A stretch of 64,000 nt of DNA from contig NC_045697.1 of assembly GCF_009834535.1 (NCBI RefSeq), positions 22,260,001-22,324,000 on the forward strand, given 5' to 3'. This stretch comes from Camelus ferus. Lineage: Eukaryota. Under the pieces are notes generated by a model. That model was not told the origin of the DNA and did not search any database. It saw only the letters and a list, made by a program, of their open reading frames with translations. The position numbers and the translations under genes are program-made. Numbering within the stretch: the stretch's first letter is position 1; each line of letters opens with the position of its first letter. Positions 40,201 through 53,011 of this stretch are shown in pieces.

Positions 40201-41079
40201 TGCATGGGCCTGCCATTTATTTTAGTCTATGACATAGTGATGTATTTTTATCTTAAGAAAATAAACATAAAAGCTTGTTTTCTCAAGTAACACATATGAA
40301 CTAGCCGTATAGATGGGGCTATTTTTTCCTCCAAAAATATGTAATCAGTCTTTTTTCTGTAATTTCCCTAGTGAGGCTTAATGACTTTATAGTCAAGTTG
40401 TTGTCTAGCTGATAAATCCAACAAGTGTTATAAAATATAATGGAAAAAAGCACTGGTCTAGTTCAAAGGCAGACTAGGCTCTATGTACCTTTATAAGTAT
40501 GTTTTTTCCCCTCCTTACATGTTAACTTTGATAAGTACCTTCTCTTGTCTTAATTATGAAAAAGGGACTTATTTTAAACTATGGCAAAGTTATCAAAGAT
40601 CCAACATGCTGACGGTATAGGGTGTCATTATTTTATCCTTATTAAGGAAATTTACATGTCTCAGTAAGACGATTCTTAACCTAAATAAATGGTTTTCTAG
40701 GAAAGGTCTTTCAGGCCATGGATTATCCTAATGGAGTATATTTCAGGGTATCACTGTAATCCCAAATTCTTCATGTACTTCTATTTTGGCAACCCTAGGC
40801 TTATTTCTTCATCCAGAGAGAAGAAAAATGGATTCAAGATCTTGGATTTATGCCCCACAGCTGCCAATTTCCCTGCAAAGTGATGTCATTGCCCACATAG
40901 CCAGGCCAGGGACACCAGTTAGCTTTCCCGTTCCATATTTAAACTCTATTATCATCTCTGAAGGTATTTTTGTTTCTAGTTCTTATAACTGACCACTGGA
41001 AAAACTCAGGCTTGATCACAGGCTATTTCTGTGAAGTGTATTTCTAGCACAATTTGAATCTGTGTTTAGAAAACACCAC

Positions 41080-41235
41080 ATAATAATCATATATTGAGCA
41101 CCTAGTGTTTACTGGTTTATATACGGTATTTCTAATCTTCCTAATAACCCTGCAATGTAAATTTTATTACACTCAGTTTGCAAGGAGTAGAAGAGACCGA
41201 CCGATTGCTGCAGAGTCCCAAAGCTAACCATGGCA
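41080..41235 (-). mobile_element. MIR SINE
   Basis: atattgagcacctagtg...tctaatcttcctaataaccctgcaatgtaaatttta...cccaaagctaaccatgg. Confidence 0.6.
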
Positions 41236-41488
41236 GAAGCAGTAAGAAGAACAGTGTTGTGGTTATGCCATGGAGTCTGATACCAGCCACATGGGATCAC
41301 TTCAGTTTGGTCACTTTAACATTATGACCATTGCAACTATGTAACTGATAGGCACTAAACACATAATATAAAGATCGGTTATCTTCCTTGCTTTAGTTAT
41401 CATGAAAGTTAACCTTATTTCTCATAGTCCCTTCTACCTCTAAAATAGATGAGCTAGATACACACTTGGCCAGCATTTTAATGCAGGG

Positions 41489-41841
41489 GGTACTTGTTTG
41501 CTGGGGCTGCCGTAACAAAATAGCTGGGGGGTTAAATAACAGAATTTTTTCCTCATAGTTCTGGAGGCTGGAAGTCCAGGATCAAGGGGTAGGAAGGTTT
41601 GGTTTTTCATGAGCCCTCTTTCTTTGGGTCGTGGATGTCCTCCTTCTGGCTGCAACCTTGCATAGCCCTTTCTCTGTGCATATGCACACCTGGTCTTTCT
41701 GTCATCTTACAAGGATACCAGCCCTACTGACTCATCTAACTTTAATTACCTCTTTAAAGGCTCCTTCCCCAAATACAGCCATACTGGGGTGTTAGGGCTA
41801 CAAAATATCTATTTGGGGATAACACAATTCAGTCCGTAACA
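41489..41841 (-). mobile_element. Near-complete MaLR solo LTR (MLT1A-like)
   Basis: gtttgctggggctgccgtaacaaaata...catagttctggaggctggaagtccaggatcaagg...ccaaatacagcc...acacaattcagtccgtaaca; probable 5-bp TSD caggg/gaggg. Confidence 0.88.
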
Positions 41842-42269
41842 GAGGGAGAGAAAATTATTTCATTTGCCATTGAAACAGTCTAGGAAACACTGTGTACTCC
41901 ACTACAGGGCAAAGGTGGGTCACCATTACCCTGTATTGTGGGTCTGAGTATGGTTTAATCTAATGTCTGGGTAAAGTGGATTTCATTTATCCAAGCAACA
42001 TATGTCTGCAGAGGGACTCTCCCTAAAGCTGTTGGTTCTACCTGGACAGGCAAACCGTACCCTCAGAAAAATATCAGGGAAACCTGGACAGTCATACATT
42101 TATCATAGGTAGTGAATTTACAAATAATATCTATTACACACGTTAATACCTAGATATACAGATATACTATAATATCTATTATACATGTTAAGGAAAGTGA
42201 TTGGTAATGGATGAGAGGCTTGGCCTCAAGATTCATGCAAACCCATGATAAGCATACAGGTATCTATAA

Positions 42270-42500
42270 AAACGTATCATGTGCAAGTTCCTTATTGCTT
42301 ACTATGTCAGGAACTGTGATACATTATCTGTTTAATTCCTACTAAAAACTGAGGAGAACATCATTTAATATTATTTTCCCCATTTCATGTGTGGGGAAGT
42401 TGAGCCCCTAAGAAGCTTTGAAAGTTCTTCAAGAGCAAAGAGCTGGAAAGTGTAGTAGGTATGTCCTTTAAATTCTCTAAATCCATGCTCTAAATTGTAT
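42270..42500 (-). mobile_element. MIR SINE
   Basis: gcttactatgtcaggaactgtg...tttaattcctac...ttccccatttcatgtgtggggaagttgag. Confidence 0.65.
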
Positions 42501-42579
42501 TGACCGATAAACCAAAATATGAAGAGATGACTTGACACATGTCTCCATTAGCATTTGTAGTAATGGCATGTGGTTCTGT

Positions 42580-42745
42580 ATCTACAGGTGCCTGTTCCTT
42601 CTTGCAGGAAGGGGCGGTGATTGATTCTTCTTTACAGTAACAGTGTTTAACACTGTGCTTATGCTCTGGTAAGGCTTGGTAAACACTGGACTAAGGAGGA
42701 AGGAAGGAAGGGAGGGAGGAAGGGAGGAAGGATGGCAGGAAGGTA
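42580..42745 (+). repeat. L2 3' end running into a GGAA/GGAG simple repeat
   Basis: ccttcttgcaggaagggg...gtttaacactgtgctt...ggtaaacactgg followed by ggaggaaggaaggaagggagggaggaagg. Confidence 0.55.
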
Positions 42746-43329
42746 GGCTTGAACATGTCGCTGAATATGGTTCTCCTTCTTGCTACACTGCCATGGATGT
42801 GCCGTAACACCACCGCAACCATCATACACAAACATACAAATTCATACAAATTGCAGCTTAAAGCTCAATTAATTAAGAGCTCCGATTTCTTTAGTTCAGG
42901 AAAAGCCTTAAGGAGAAGATAAAAATTGCAGCACAGGGTGAAAAGAGAAGTAGGTTCCGATCAGTAGATTAGACAAGAGCATTTCAGCTGATATGCAGGG
43001 GTGCTGAAAGGAGATCAATGGGGCTGAAACAGGTTTGGAGAAAAGTAACGGGAGGTGATCTAAGTCAGTGTCAAACAAAAGCGTAAATAGAAGGTGAAGC
43101 ATTTCTGTAGGCAAAGAACTTCCCTAAGACCGAGTTGAGATAATCAGTCCCAGAGGAAATGTACTATCACATGATTCTTATTACTTGTATGTAAAGCCTG
43201 TTCGCTGCTGGTTTCTAAAGTATAACAACCGGGGAAATCCAGATAGAAAACAGGTGATTATTAGGCAAGACGCTTGTCCTTTTTCACATGGTTAGCAATG
43301 GAAGCCGAAAGCAGAACTTTCGAGTTCCT

Positions 43330-43475
43330 CCATATGTTGGGGACCATCCAGTTCGATCTTCTCATTTTGAAGAAAACCGAGTTTCAGAGAAATTAACCAG
43401 GGTTAATTCAAGTTTATGGAACAAGAACAGAACTGGATCCCCAAACTCCTGGCTCCCTCTACAGTGCTCTTTCCT
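43330..43475 (-). mobile_element. MIR/MIR3 fragment
   Basis: ctcattttgaagaaaaccgagtttcagagaaattaaccagg...cagaactggatccccaaactcctggctccc...cagtgctctttcc. Confidence 0.6.
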
Positions 43476-45959
43476 CCCCAGTCCAACTTTCTAGACAAGT
43501 TAGAAGTAGGAGTCAGGAAAGTAGAACTGTGGTCTGATATAAATTGTTTGCCTTTCAAGTTATAGAAAAATGCTCTTTTATCTAGATAGTTCTGCACATG
43601 CATTTACTAATATCTTTGGCATGTGGAAAATTGGTTTCATGATCTCCAGAGAAAAATTGTTAATTTCTGCCTGGAGATTTCTCTCTGCTGATCCCTATCA
43701 GAATATTTGCAACTCTAAAATTAATTTCACCCTATTTGCTGTGTTGGTTGTAATGAATCATATTCAAAATCACCAAAAACTTATACAAAAGACTGCACAG
43801 GAGAGAAAAAAAAGCATTTGGTTTTCCCAAGCTGCTTCTCTGTTGATTATTACCAGGTAGCACTTTTTTCTCATTTCTTATTCTCATTTATATGAAAATC
43901 CAGATAGAAATGAAAGTAATGTATTAGCTGTTTTTGGAAAAAAATGTTAAGTCAATTATACTCTTGCAAGATTTATAAGAACTAAAGTGAGTTTAAATTT
44001 GAATTGTCAAAGGAAATGTTACATGCATTAGGCACTCAGTAAAATCCATCATATGTATTTAATTATGTACTGGGTTTTGAACTGCTGTATCTAAAGTGAT
44101 ATTTTTATTTAAAAAAAGATTTTTTTAGAGAACTTATTCTAGGTATCACTTTATATCTGTTAAGTGTAATTCGGGTATTCACGCATTTTAGTTAGAAGAT
44201 TTAGGGACGGTTGTATGTGTGTATGTGTGTGTATGACACAACTAGACATATTTTTTTCCTCTTTGTAATAAGCATACTTTGGAAAAAAGCAATTAACAAT
44301 TGTCAAGTCTGTGACCATACAAGTGCCTTAAACCGTATATATTCAGGTTCCTGGAAAACCTACTGCTCTTTGTTATCCTTTAGATTTCTAACAATGTGTG
44401 TGTTGAGTTGCTGCATAGTGGGGTGTTATTTCTAAGTATGAAAAGTCTTATCTTAGCAGAGTAAGCATTGACCTTTAAATCTCCCCTTCAACTGAAATGT
44501 TAAAAAAAGTAAGCATATTACATAAATGCATGGAGCATACTTTTTATAAATGCAAGGCACTGGAAAGCATATTGAACGACTCAAAGATATATGAGATGGT
44601 CCCTGTGTGTGCATGCTGCATCTGTACAGTTTCACAGTACAATATGGACGAACCAAGCATAATTCTATATTACAAATGAAAGGACATGGTAGGAATACTT
44701 TGCTGTAACGAACTCATCTCTTTATGCATGAAAAACTTCGCATGGCTCTGACCCTAATGACTTAAATATTACCCCTGTGGAGCATTTCTCAAGCCCTATT
44801 AATGGTTTCCTATCTGCCAGTAACAGAGAATCATTTAAAATGAAATAAGATATTAAGAATTCCAGCAATAGGCATCATTCTTAGAGTTGTTACTTTAAAT
44901 GAAAACTGGTGGGTAAGGTAGCCCCCAAATGTAGCCACTTTTGAAATGATCATTCTATCCTTTATTTTACTTTCCTCTTCCCCAAACAGCATCCGCAACC
45001 CAAAGTAATAATGTCACCTGGTATCAGTCTAAGCCAAGTCAAGTGAAAAATGCAGAAATGAAAAGCTTTATTTTGCTAGCCTCTCTAGGGCTACTGAGAT
45101 TAACAGAAAGAGGCAGCCTTCTTGGGAGCATCAGGGTTTATAATGTTGAAAATTTCTTCTGCAAATGGAACAATGAAGAAAAGCATTTGTACACAAAACA
45201 AAGGTGAAAAGGGCTTATGAAAGGAATACTAGGATTACAGTCAAGGAGACGTGTAAGTGTATCTGTATTCATAATTTGAACACGTGATTTTCACTTCCTG
45301 TGCCTTCTTTGGGCTTGATATATTAGGAGTAATAATAACAGTCTACTTTTTGAGATATAATTTAGAGTCATCATAAGATTTAGATTATTCACATTCAAAA
45401 TACATACATTTTTCCATGATATGTTTCATAGAACTAATAAAAATAAGATTTAGTTTATATAATGTATAATCATACCAAAGGGTTGTTAATGTTTGGGAAC
45501 AAGTTTTTTTGTTTATTTGTTTGTTTGTTTATTTAATTTGATGTTTACCTTAGTATTCTCATGTGGCAGGCAGAAAAAAAAATAATGTCCACTGACTTCT
45601 TGGTTGAATATTAATATTAGCTATAATAAAGCTCTATTTACAAAGTATATGGCTAATTGACAGATCGGTGTGATTAATCATTTGGTAGTTACATTGCTTA
45701 AGAGATATCAAGTTATCTTATACATCTGTTTTCTTCTATTTCCTTGCAATGTTTCTATAATTAAAAAGTCTAGATAATATTGAAGATGATTTTATTTGTT
45801 TATTTAATTTGGGGATGTCTTTGTATCGTCCTTCTGACTCTGTATCAAATAACTACCAATAACATATTACTACTCATCCACTTAAAAAAAAAAAGGTTTG
45901 ATTTAGTCTTCTTTGACTTTTTAGTCTACTTTACTCATTATATTTCAAATTACCATCTT

Positions 45960-46560
45960 TAAAATTTCTCCCGTCTCCCTCTGCATCTCCAGCAGTGCTG
46001 CTGAAGTTACCCAGATTGCTAATCTTATCTATTCCAGCCCACTCTCTATGAAGTAAGGATGCTCCTCTTAAAATACATCTCATCATAACACATACCTATG
46101 TAGACACATTACTGATTTACTGCTTTGATCGAAGTGTTTGAGATAGAATCTGAATAGCAGTAAGAACCGTAATGATCTTCTTTTCTAACCTTATCCCCTC
46201 CTCTAAGCTGGACTCTCCATTCTAGACCATTTAGGCACATGATACCATTTCATGCCTCCATGCATTGACTTGTGTTGCTCCCATCCTTGCTCTCCTCACT
46301 CCTACCCCATTCCTTAGTAGTTCAAAGCCAATCATTTCAAAATCCAGATTAAATGTCAATGCCTCAGGTGAAATTCCTCCCCCAGATATGGCCTTCTACA
46401 GCACAACACTTTGTGCATTTATGGTTTCTCAATATTTGTGTTATCTTGTATGTGGTAAGCTCACGGTGCAAACACCAAATTCTGTTTGTTTTTCTACCAC
46501 CATAGCACTCAGAACAGTGACTCGAGTGTCAAATCTGCTCGAAGAGTTTCTACAAAATGA
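45960..46560 (+). mobile_element. L2 fragment
   Basis: catttcatgcctccatgcattg...catttcaaaatccagattaaatgtcaatgcctcaggtgaaattcc...catagcactcagaacagtgact. Confidence 0.7.
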
Positions 46561-47857
46561 ATTATGTGTGAGGTTTTGAGTAGATGCATTCATCTCTGTA
46601 TTTCCCACCAAATACATTTATAGCAAGTAAAAGAATATCTGTTTGTCTCATACACACCCCTCCTGTCCTCGACCTTTGTGGTTTAAATTGGGAAGCAATG
46701 AGTTTGTTCTTATAGGAGAATGGTACAGTACTTAATTGAATCAATGCTCAGTGCTTTATTGCCAGAATGTTATCATCTGCTACAGTGGTGGCCTTGTCCA
46801 AGAAAATGTTAGTTTTTGTGTATCAAAATAATTACCGTGCACTCTGTCTTCCCAAACTATTTTGAACAACTATTTATAATGATTTAATTTGCAGGACTGT
46901 GTGTCTAATAAGCTTTAGCACTGAGCTTTCTGAGAGCGACATGGTCTACATGTAAACTCTTTGCAAACAGCATCTGAATTACAGGCAGAGACACACATTA
47001 GGAGCTGCCAGAATTGTGTTTGTTGTGGCTGCCTGGTTAGCTGCTGCTTGAACAGCTGAAGTATGAGCGTATTGGTTGATTAGTGCCAGCTCAAACAAGG
47101 AGGGCGCCAACCCACAGGGAAGTTAGAGTTGTGTGCAAAGCTAGGCTGGTAAAATTTGGCTGGGATAGATGGTGAAAGAGTGAGTTAAGCTATTTAATAT
47201 GGCATCAGTGTACCTTAAGAAATGCACTACAATCCTGTGTATTTCAAAGGCAGAATTTCATATATACCCAATAAACTGCAAAAGAGGTTCATGTTGACCC
47301 AAAAGATAGAGCCTGCCTTCATGTGTAATAGAATGGGGAATGAAGTTGCTTGTGGAAAAAAGTCAAATCTGAAAACTAGCTTGAACTGAACTATTCACTC
47401 TAACTGGACAATTGTTATAATTCATTGATTTCTTTGTGTGTAAATAGAGGACGTTTTAAATCTAAAGCTATTAACCCAGTTTCATCACAATTACTTTACT
47501 GGCTTTGCAGCAAAAAAGTTACATCTTAAATCTGGCTCGTATGAATGACTATAATAACAGTATGATTTTTAAAATAATGTATATGGATGATTCACCAAAT
47601 CAAGGCTTTCTATGTTAATTTCTGCCTGGATATAAGTTAGGGAAAGATCGAGAGAACTTTCTAAAAACCACTCAAATATGTATCAGAGAAGCTGAGTGAA
47701 AGAGTGAGAAACTCCCTGACTGGAACATTCCTACTAGGACTGCATTCTCTGGCAATGCCTGTTCTAGAAACTTACTCTGGTCACTCTGGAGAACACCAAC
47801 CTCAGTGAAGAAGTAGGAGTCACTAGTCCAGAATTCTTTTGATAACACTACCTGCAG

Positions 47858-47858
<1 letters not shown>

Positions 47859-47910
<52 letters not shown>
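47859..47910. repeat. Perfect (TG)26 microsatellite
   Basis: 52 nt of uninterrupted TG; it produces the HTHT run in ORF 47672-47923. Confidence 0.97.
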
Positions 47911-47915
<5 letters not shown>

Positions 47916-49807
47916 TGGGACAATCACGAGTATTAACAGAGAATTATAGAGCTCATTCTATGGATTTAAGTACAAGCACAGGATGCATATTTTAAAACTT
48001 TAAATGATATGTAGTAGGAGTATTATGTTAATTTTATGTTATTTATGACAGAAACTAGTTAAAACAAAAAAAACTTATCAGGGTATGTTTAAGGCAATCA
48101 TCTACCTTCCGGTCCAGTTTTGATTCTGTTTCTTCCTGAGGGTCTCCCATTTTTCTTTTTCCACCTTCCCTGACCTTGTGTCTGTGCTGGGAAGTGGCTT
48201 TCTTGAATTGAACCCTTAATGTTATTTGCAGAAATGTTCAAACTTTCTGTCAGCGTTGGTGCAAAAATTTCTGAATATACAGGATCTTTGTATGTGCTTT
48301 TGTGAAGGATCTGCTTTTCTTCCTTTGGTCTCTGCAGTACGCTGGCCACCAGGTACACATTGTGCATAGAATAGAGCTTCTCTTGCTACGAACATGGCTC
48401 TCTCTGCGTCTGATGAAGTGAGACTTCCCCGTGTCCCCTGGTGATGAAAAGGAGGTTTTATACTCTGTTCCTTTAGATGGAAGAGCCCACTTCCTGATTG
48501 GGTTCAGTGCTAAAAGTGGATCTGCCTTTGGGCTAAAATATGAATGCCATGATATTTTCTATTTAACATTATTAACCATACTTCCTGGCCCCTGAAAGCC
48601 AGCATTTGACTCTTTATTTCACATCAATTATCATAAAATTATTTGCAACAGAAGAAAAGGTAGTGGGTGAAATGACCACACTCATTTTAAAGGGATCTTA
48701 TGTAGACTTGTAGTACTGGTTCAGAAATTCTTTTAGAATAGCATTCTCTTTCCGAAAGCGGCATGCAGTGTGATTTGTGAAACAGCATGAGCTTCATTCT
48801 TGACATTAGTCCCTAGTTTAAGAAGTTAAATTAAGGATGACCATTCCAGCCTCCATTAATAATCCATTATGGTTTTCTAACCATTAATCTTTTAACGTCC
48901 TCAGCCTGCGTGATACTTGTAAACTCTACTAACTTCTGGATAATTATTTGATAACTACTCACTCTCGAAAAAGCTAATATCATTTACTTATTTTCTTTAC
49001 TTTTTAATTTATGTAATACATTTTCTTTATTTTTAGTTTTCAAGCTGTTTTTCTGTAATACTCCCTGTTGTAAAAACTTAACCTTATCTACACTGTTCAT
49101 GTATTCTCAAAGCAACGTATATCTAGCTGACAAAATTACCCAATTCTTGTTATGACTAAGCACTAATGTATACCAGTAATGATGTGAATACATGGGTGAT
49201 AGAATGTAAACTGAAGGCTAAATGGTGATAGAAATGCATTTTGCATTTGCATTTTTTTTTTCTTTTTCGCAATGAAGCGGGGACGGGTGATACAAATATA
49301 TGTGATAGAAGGCCCGTTAACTGCCACACTGAATCGCTGAAGCGGTGTAGTTCAGCAGAGAGACACCCCAGTGGTGTAATGAGAGAGTGAGAAAGCGGTC
49401 TTGGTAATTAGAATGAGTCAAAAGCAATATCCCGCCTGCTTTAGCCTGCACAGATGATGGGGAAGGAAAATATTCTTTTCTTCTGAGACAGAAACAGGAC
49501 ATCAGTCAAAATGACAAGAGATGTCAGTATAATATTCCTTTGAGTCAGGTACCAGTGAGCTCGGCATCTGGGACTAGAGCTTCTAATCTTTGTCTTTGGG
49601 CTTTGGCGTAATAGATTCTGTCTCAATATGTATCTTAAAAAGTTCACAGTTCTTAGCTGGGAGAAATAAAAGTAGTTCATAATTTAGTGGGGGAATTATA
49701 GTCTTAAGTCTGTGAAGCTAAAGCCTTCTGATTTTTTTCTATGTTAACTTGAATAAGAAATTTATGTTCCTTAAAATGTGTATGAAATTCCTTATCTCAT
49801 TGGAATT

Positions 49808-49935
49808 TTATATGCATTTATATATTATTATATATAATATATTTCTATTTTATATATAATTGATATTCAATTATTATAAATTATATATCATATATAATTA
49901 CATATATAAGAATTACATATATAATTATATATGTA
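49808..49935. repeat. AT-rich low-complexity (TA-like) tract
   Basis: Almost exclusively A/T with TATA runs. Confidence 0.8.
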
Positions 49936-50639
49936 AAATGCCTTTACATGGAAAAGTTTGATTAGCAAAGTTTTTTTTATTTGTAGTTGTCATTAAATTC
50001 ACTTATGAATAACCAAAAACTCAGTCATTTTTATGCCCCCTAAATGAACCAGCTTAAGGCAAAGCCCTAACATATAAAACATAGTACTGCTTCAATTTTA
50101 GTTTGTCATATTTACAAAGAAAACTACAGAGGACGAAAGATATATTACTGGGCCAATGAAAGGAAAAGTTTATCTTAAAATTGCTTTAATCTCCAAGGCT
50201 AACATAGACCATGGCCATGTTTATAATATAAAGTCAGTAAATATCACTCTATTCCTATGCCCCACGCTAAAACCTGAATTTTTCTTCTTAAATATGAAAT
50301 TTCAAGTAATAGAGATTTCTGAAAAAAGTTAGTTGTGAGAGAAATGTAGAATTCAGCCGACATAAACTGACTTTCTAAAAAGAGAGCTGCAATAACAGTG
50401 GACTGAAACATAAGGCATCCAGCAAAATATACACTCTAATTATCTGAGAAAGAGAGAGGGGGAGAGGATTCCAAGTATTTGAATAATCCTCTTAACTAAG
50501 TTAATCGCTGCTTCAGTGATTCAGTGTTTGTGCCACATGGAAACCTGGAAACCCATTCTCGGCAAAAATGCCACAAGAAGAGACAAATCCTATTTTCGTG
50601 ATTCTGTAGGCACCTGCCTCCCAGCTGGAAAAGGTAAGG

Positions 50640-50745
50640 CTCACAATGGCTGTTTTTACTGGGGAGGAAATTAACTGAGATCATTTACGTAAGAGATTTG
50701 GAACATTCCTGGCACAAAGTAACTTTGCAATAAATTGTAGATATC
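50640..50745 (+). mobile_element. MIR 3' fragment
   Basis: ggaaattaactgagatcatttacgtaagagatttggaacattcctggcacaaagtaactttgcaataaatt. Confidence 0.7.
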
Positions 50746-50804
50746 ATGTATTAGCAAATATTGATTGATTCAGTCACTCTCCTCCCAACTGCACATTGAG
50801 CATT

Positions 50805-51293
50805 ATGTGCGTTAGTCATATAATGAAAAAGAATAAACTGTGCAGAGAAGATTGCAAGACTCAGTGGCTTAAGACAATAAGCATTTATTAGTGGTTGAGT
50901 GGCTCTTCCCATCTGGGCCACGCTGAGCTGTTCTTGGTGGGGTGCTCTCTGGCCCACTGGGGGTTGCCAGGGGGTTGCTTTGCTGACCTTGAATAGACTC
51001 TTTCATTTGTCTTCTGCTGGGATAACAGGGCGACTCTAACCCAACAGGCTAGCTCAGGCTTATCCTCATGGCTTGGCAGGAATAAAACAAAAGCAGGAAC
51101 ACCCAAATGTGGGAGGTGTTGCTTTGCTGCTTCCACCTCATTCCATTGTCCAAAGCCAGTCCCAAGGCCAGGCCTAATTAGTGTGAGGAGGCAGCTCCAC
51201 TGTGTGATGAGAGAAGCTATGAAGTCAAATGGCAAAACAGGCAATGGAACAGGAAAGGGCAGAGAATTAGAACCATTTTAGGACTTTACCTTA
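50805..51293 (-). mobile_element. Old MaLR LTR (MLT1G/H-like)
   Basis: ctcagtggcttaagacaataagcatttatt...caggctagctcaggctt...tcatggc...ccattgtccaaagccagtcccaaggccaggcc...gaagtcaaatggcaaa...gagaattagaaccatt. Confidence 0.75.
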
Positions 51294-51999
51294 GGACCAT
51301 GCAAAAAGAATCATCGATTGCTCTACTTTTGAAATGTCTTTACCCATTTTTACTACTGTAAGTTTGTCAGTCTCAGTCTTTTCCCGTACAAAACAAAGCA
51401 GTGCAAACAGACAAAAAATTGAGCCATGGAACGACCGAATTAATCAAAGATATAAAAGGATAGATCAAATTCATTGTTAAATTTTTACATGATGGACATG
51501 TATTCATTTAGAGGTTAAAAATATCATGGTGAATATCAGCTGGCTTTTATTTCTAGCTTTAAATCAATTTATTTAATTTTTAATATACAAAGGACCAGAC
51601 AAATTATATGTTCATTGTCATGTGCTTCTTATATAAAGGCTTATTTCTGAAAGTCCTAACCAAATTGATATTCTCCTGGTTGAAACCATGGAAGACATGG
51701 TTTGCTTTCCCAAACATGTGTTACCAAGTACCTAATATGAGTACTCTGCTGTGGTTTGCCATTGGTACAGCCAGTGCTTCACCTGATATTGATAATGTAG
51801 GTGATAGATTCCTAAATTGTTTTTCATTTTCCTATAAATCAGGCAGATTTCATTACAATCTTGCCTTAGACTCAACTGACAGCCATCCAAAAATTTTTAG
51901 CCTCAGTGTAAACTGACTGCCCAAGGAAAGTGTGTGGCCCCGCTGAAGGCTCGATGTTATTAATCAGCAATGAAAAGGATGCACAGAACAATCACCATC

Positions 52000-52255
52000 A
52001 GAGTAGTGTTTATTGAATACTCAAAACGCTCCTGGCTGCCTAAGCCTGTTCTAAGTTTGTTCCATGTATTATTTATTTCATTTAATATTCACAGCAACCA
52101 TGGGAGGTTGGTACTATTTTTATCCCAGTTTGCAGCTGAGGAAACTCAGGAGAAAAGCATTAAAAATTCCTCAAGGTCACCTATCTTATTGCTGGAGCTG
52201 TGATTCCAACACCGACACTCTTGGATCCGAAGTGCCAACACTCTCACCATCCACG
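52000..52255 (-). mobile_element. MIR SINE (near full length)
   Basis: tttattgaatact...tcatttaatattcacagcaaccatgggaggttggtactatttttatcccagtttgcagctgaggaaactcagg...caaggtcac. Confidence 0.85.
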
Positions 52256-52864
52256 ATAGACAGCTTTCCCGTACAGATAACCACTTGTGAAGCTAATCAT
52301 CTGTTATTGATTATTTAGTATTTTCCTGCTAAGAAAACTGATGTCATATACTTATGTGGGACCAAGATTAAGTTCAGTTAGTGGCTCTCTATTGACATTA
52401 AATTTTACCATGCCTGGAGAAGTTAACAAGAAATACAGAGAGCGTAGACTGTGTTTGTTCAACTAAGCTGTTTAGTGGAAAGAGAAAGAAAAACTAATCA
52501 AATGTCTGATACCTTCTTACAAGTTTTAAATTGTGTTAATGACTTACTGGCAACCCTTCTGCCTTGTCATCTTTGCCTGAAAAGCATCTGCGAAGTTTTA
52601 TTTGTTCAATTAGGGAAACTAAGAGATGTGAATTTCCATTAGCTGTAAAATGAGTTTTGCTGATTAAGCTGAAAGATTGAAAACTAGTTTGTCATCTCAC
52701 ATACACCAAGAAAGATATTGCTGAAGGAAATTCATTGTTTTGACCCAGCAGTTCATGGCTTTGAATATCAGAGGATAAATCTTGAAATCTAAAACACCGA
52801 AAGCATTTTACATCATCTAAGGATCAAGTTAACTTTCATGTAGGAAATGTTGCTGAGACCTGGT

Positions 52865-53011
52865 TAGCACAGGGAACTTTATTCAGTACCTTGTGAAAAC
52901 CTATAATGAAAAAGAATGTACATATATATATCTGAATCACTGTGCTATACACCAGAAATTAACACAGCATTGTAAACAGACTATACTTCAATAAAAAAAT
53001 TAATAAATAAA
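52865..53011 (+). mobile_element. Short LINE-1 3' terminal fragment, same subfamily as 11659-12329
   Basis: tagcacagggaactttattcagtaccttgtgaaaacctataatgaaaaagaat...caccagaaattaacacagcattgtaaacagactatacttcaataaaaaaa is the reverse complement of the 11670-11825 type of sequence. Confidence 0.85.

Noticed and set aside
42124..42191. CRISPR-like repeat-spacer-repeat
   Set aside because: Only two copies, AT-rich, mammalian context, no cas genes.
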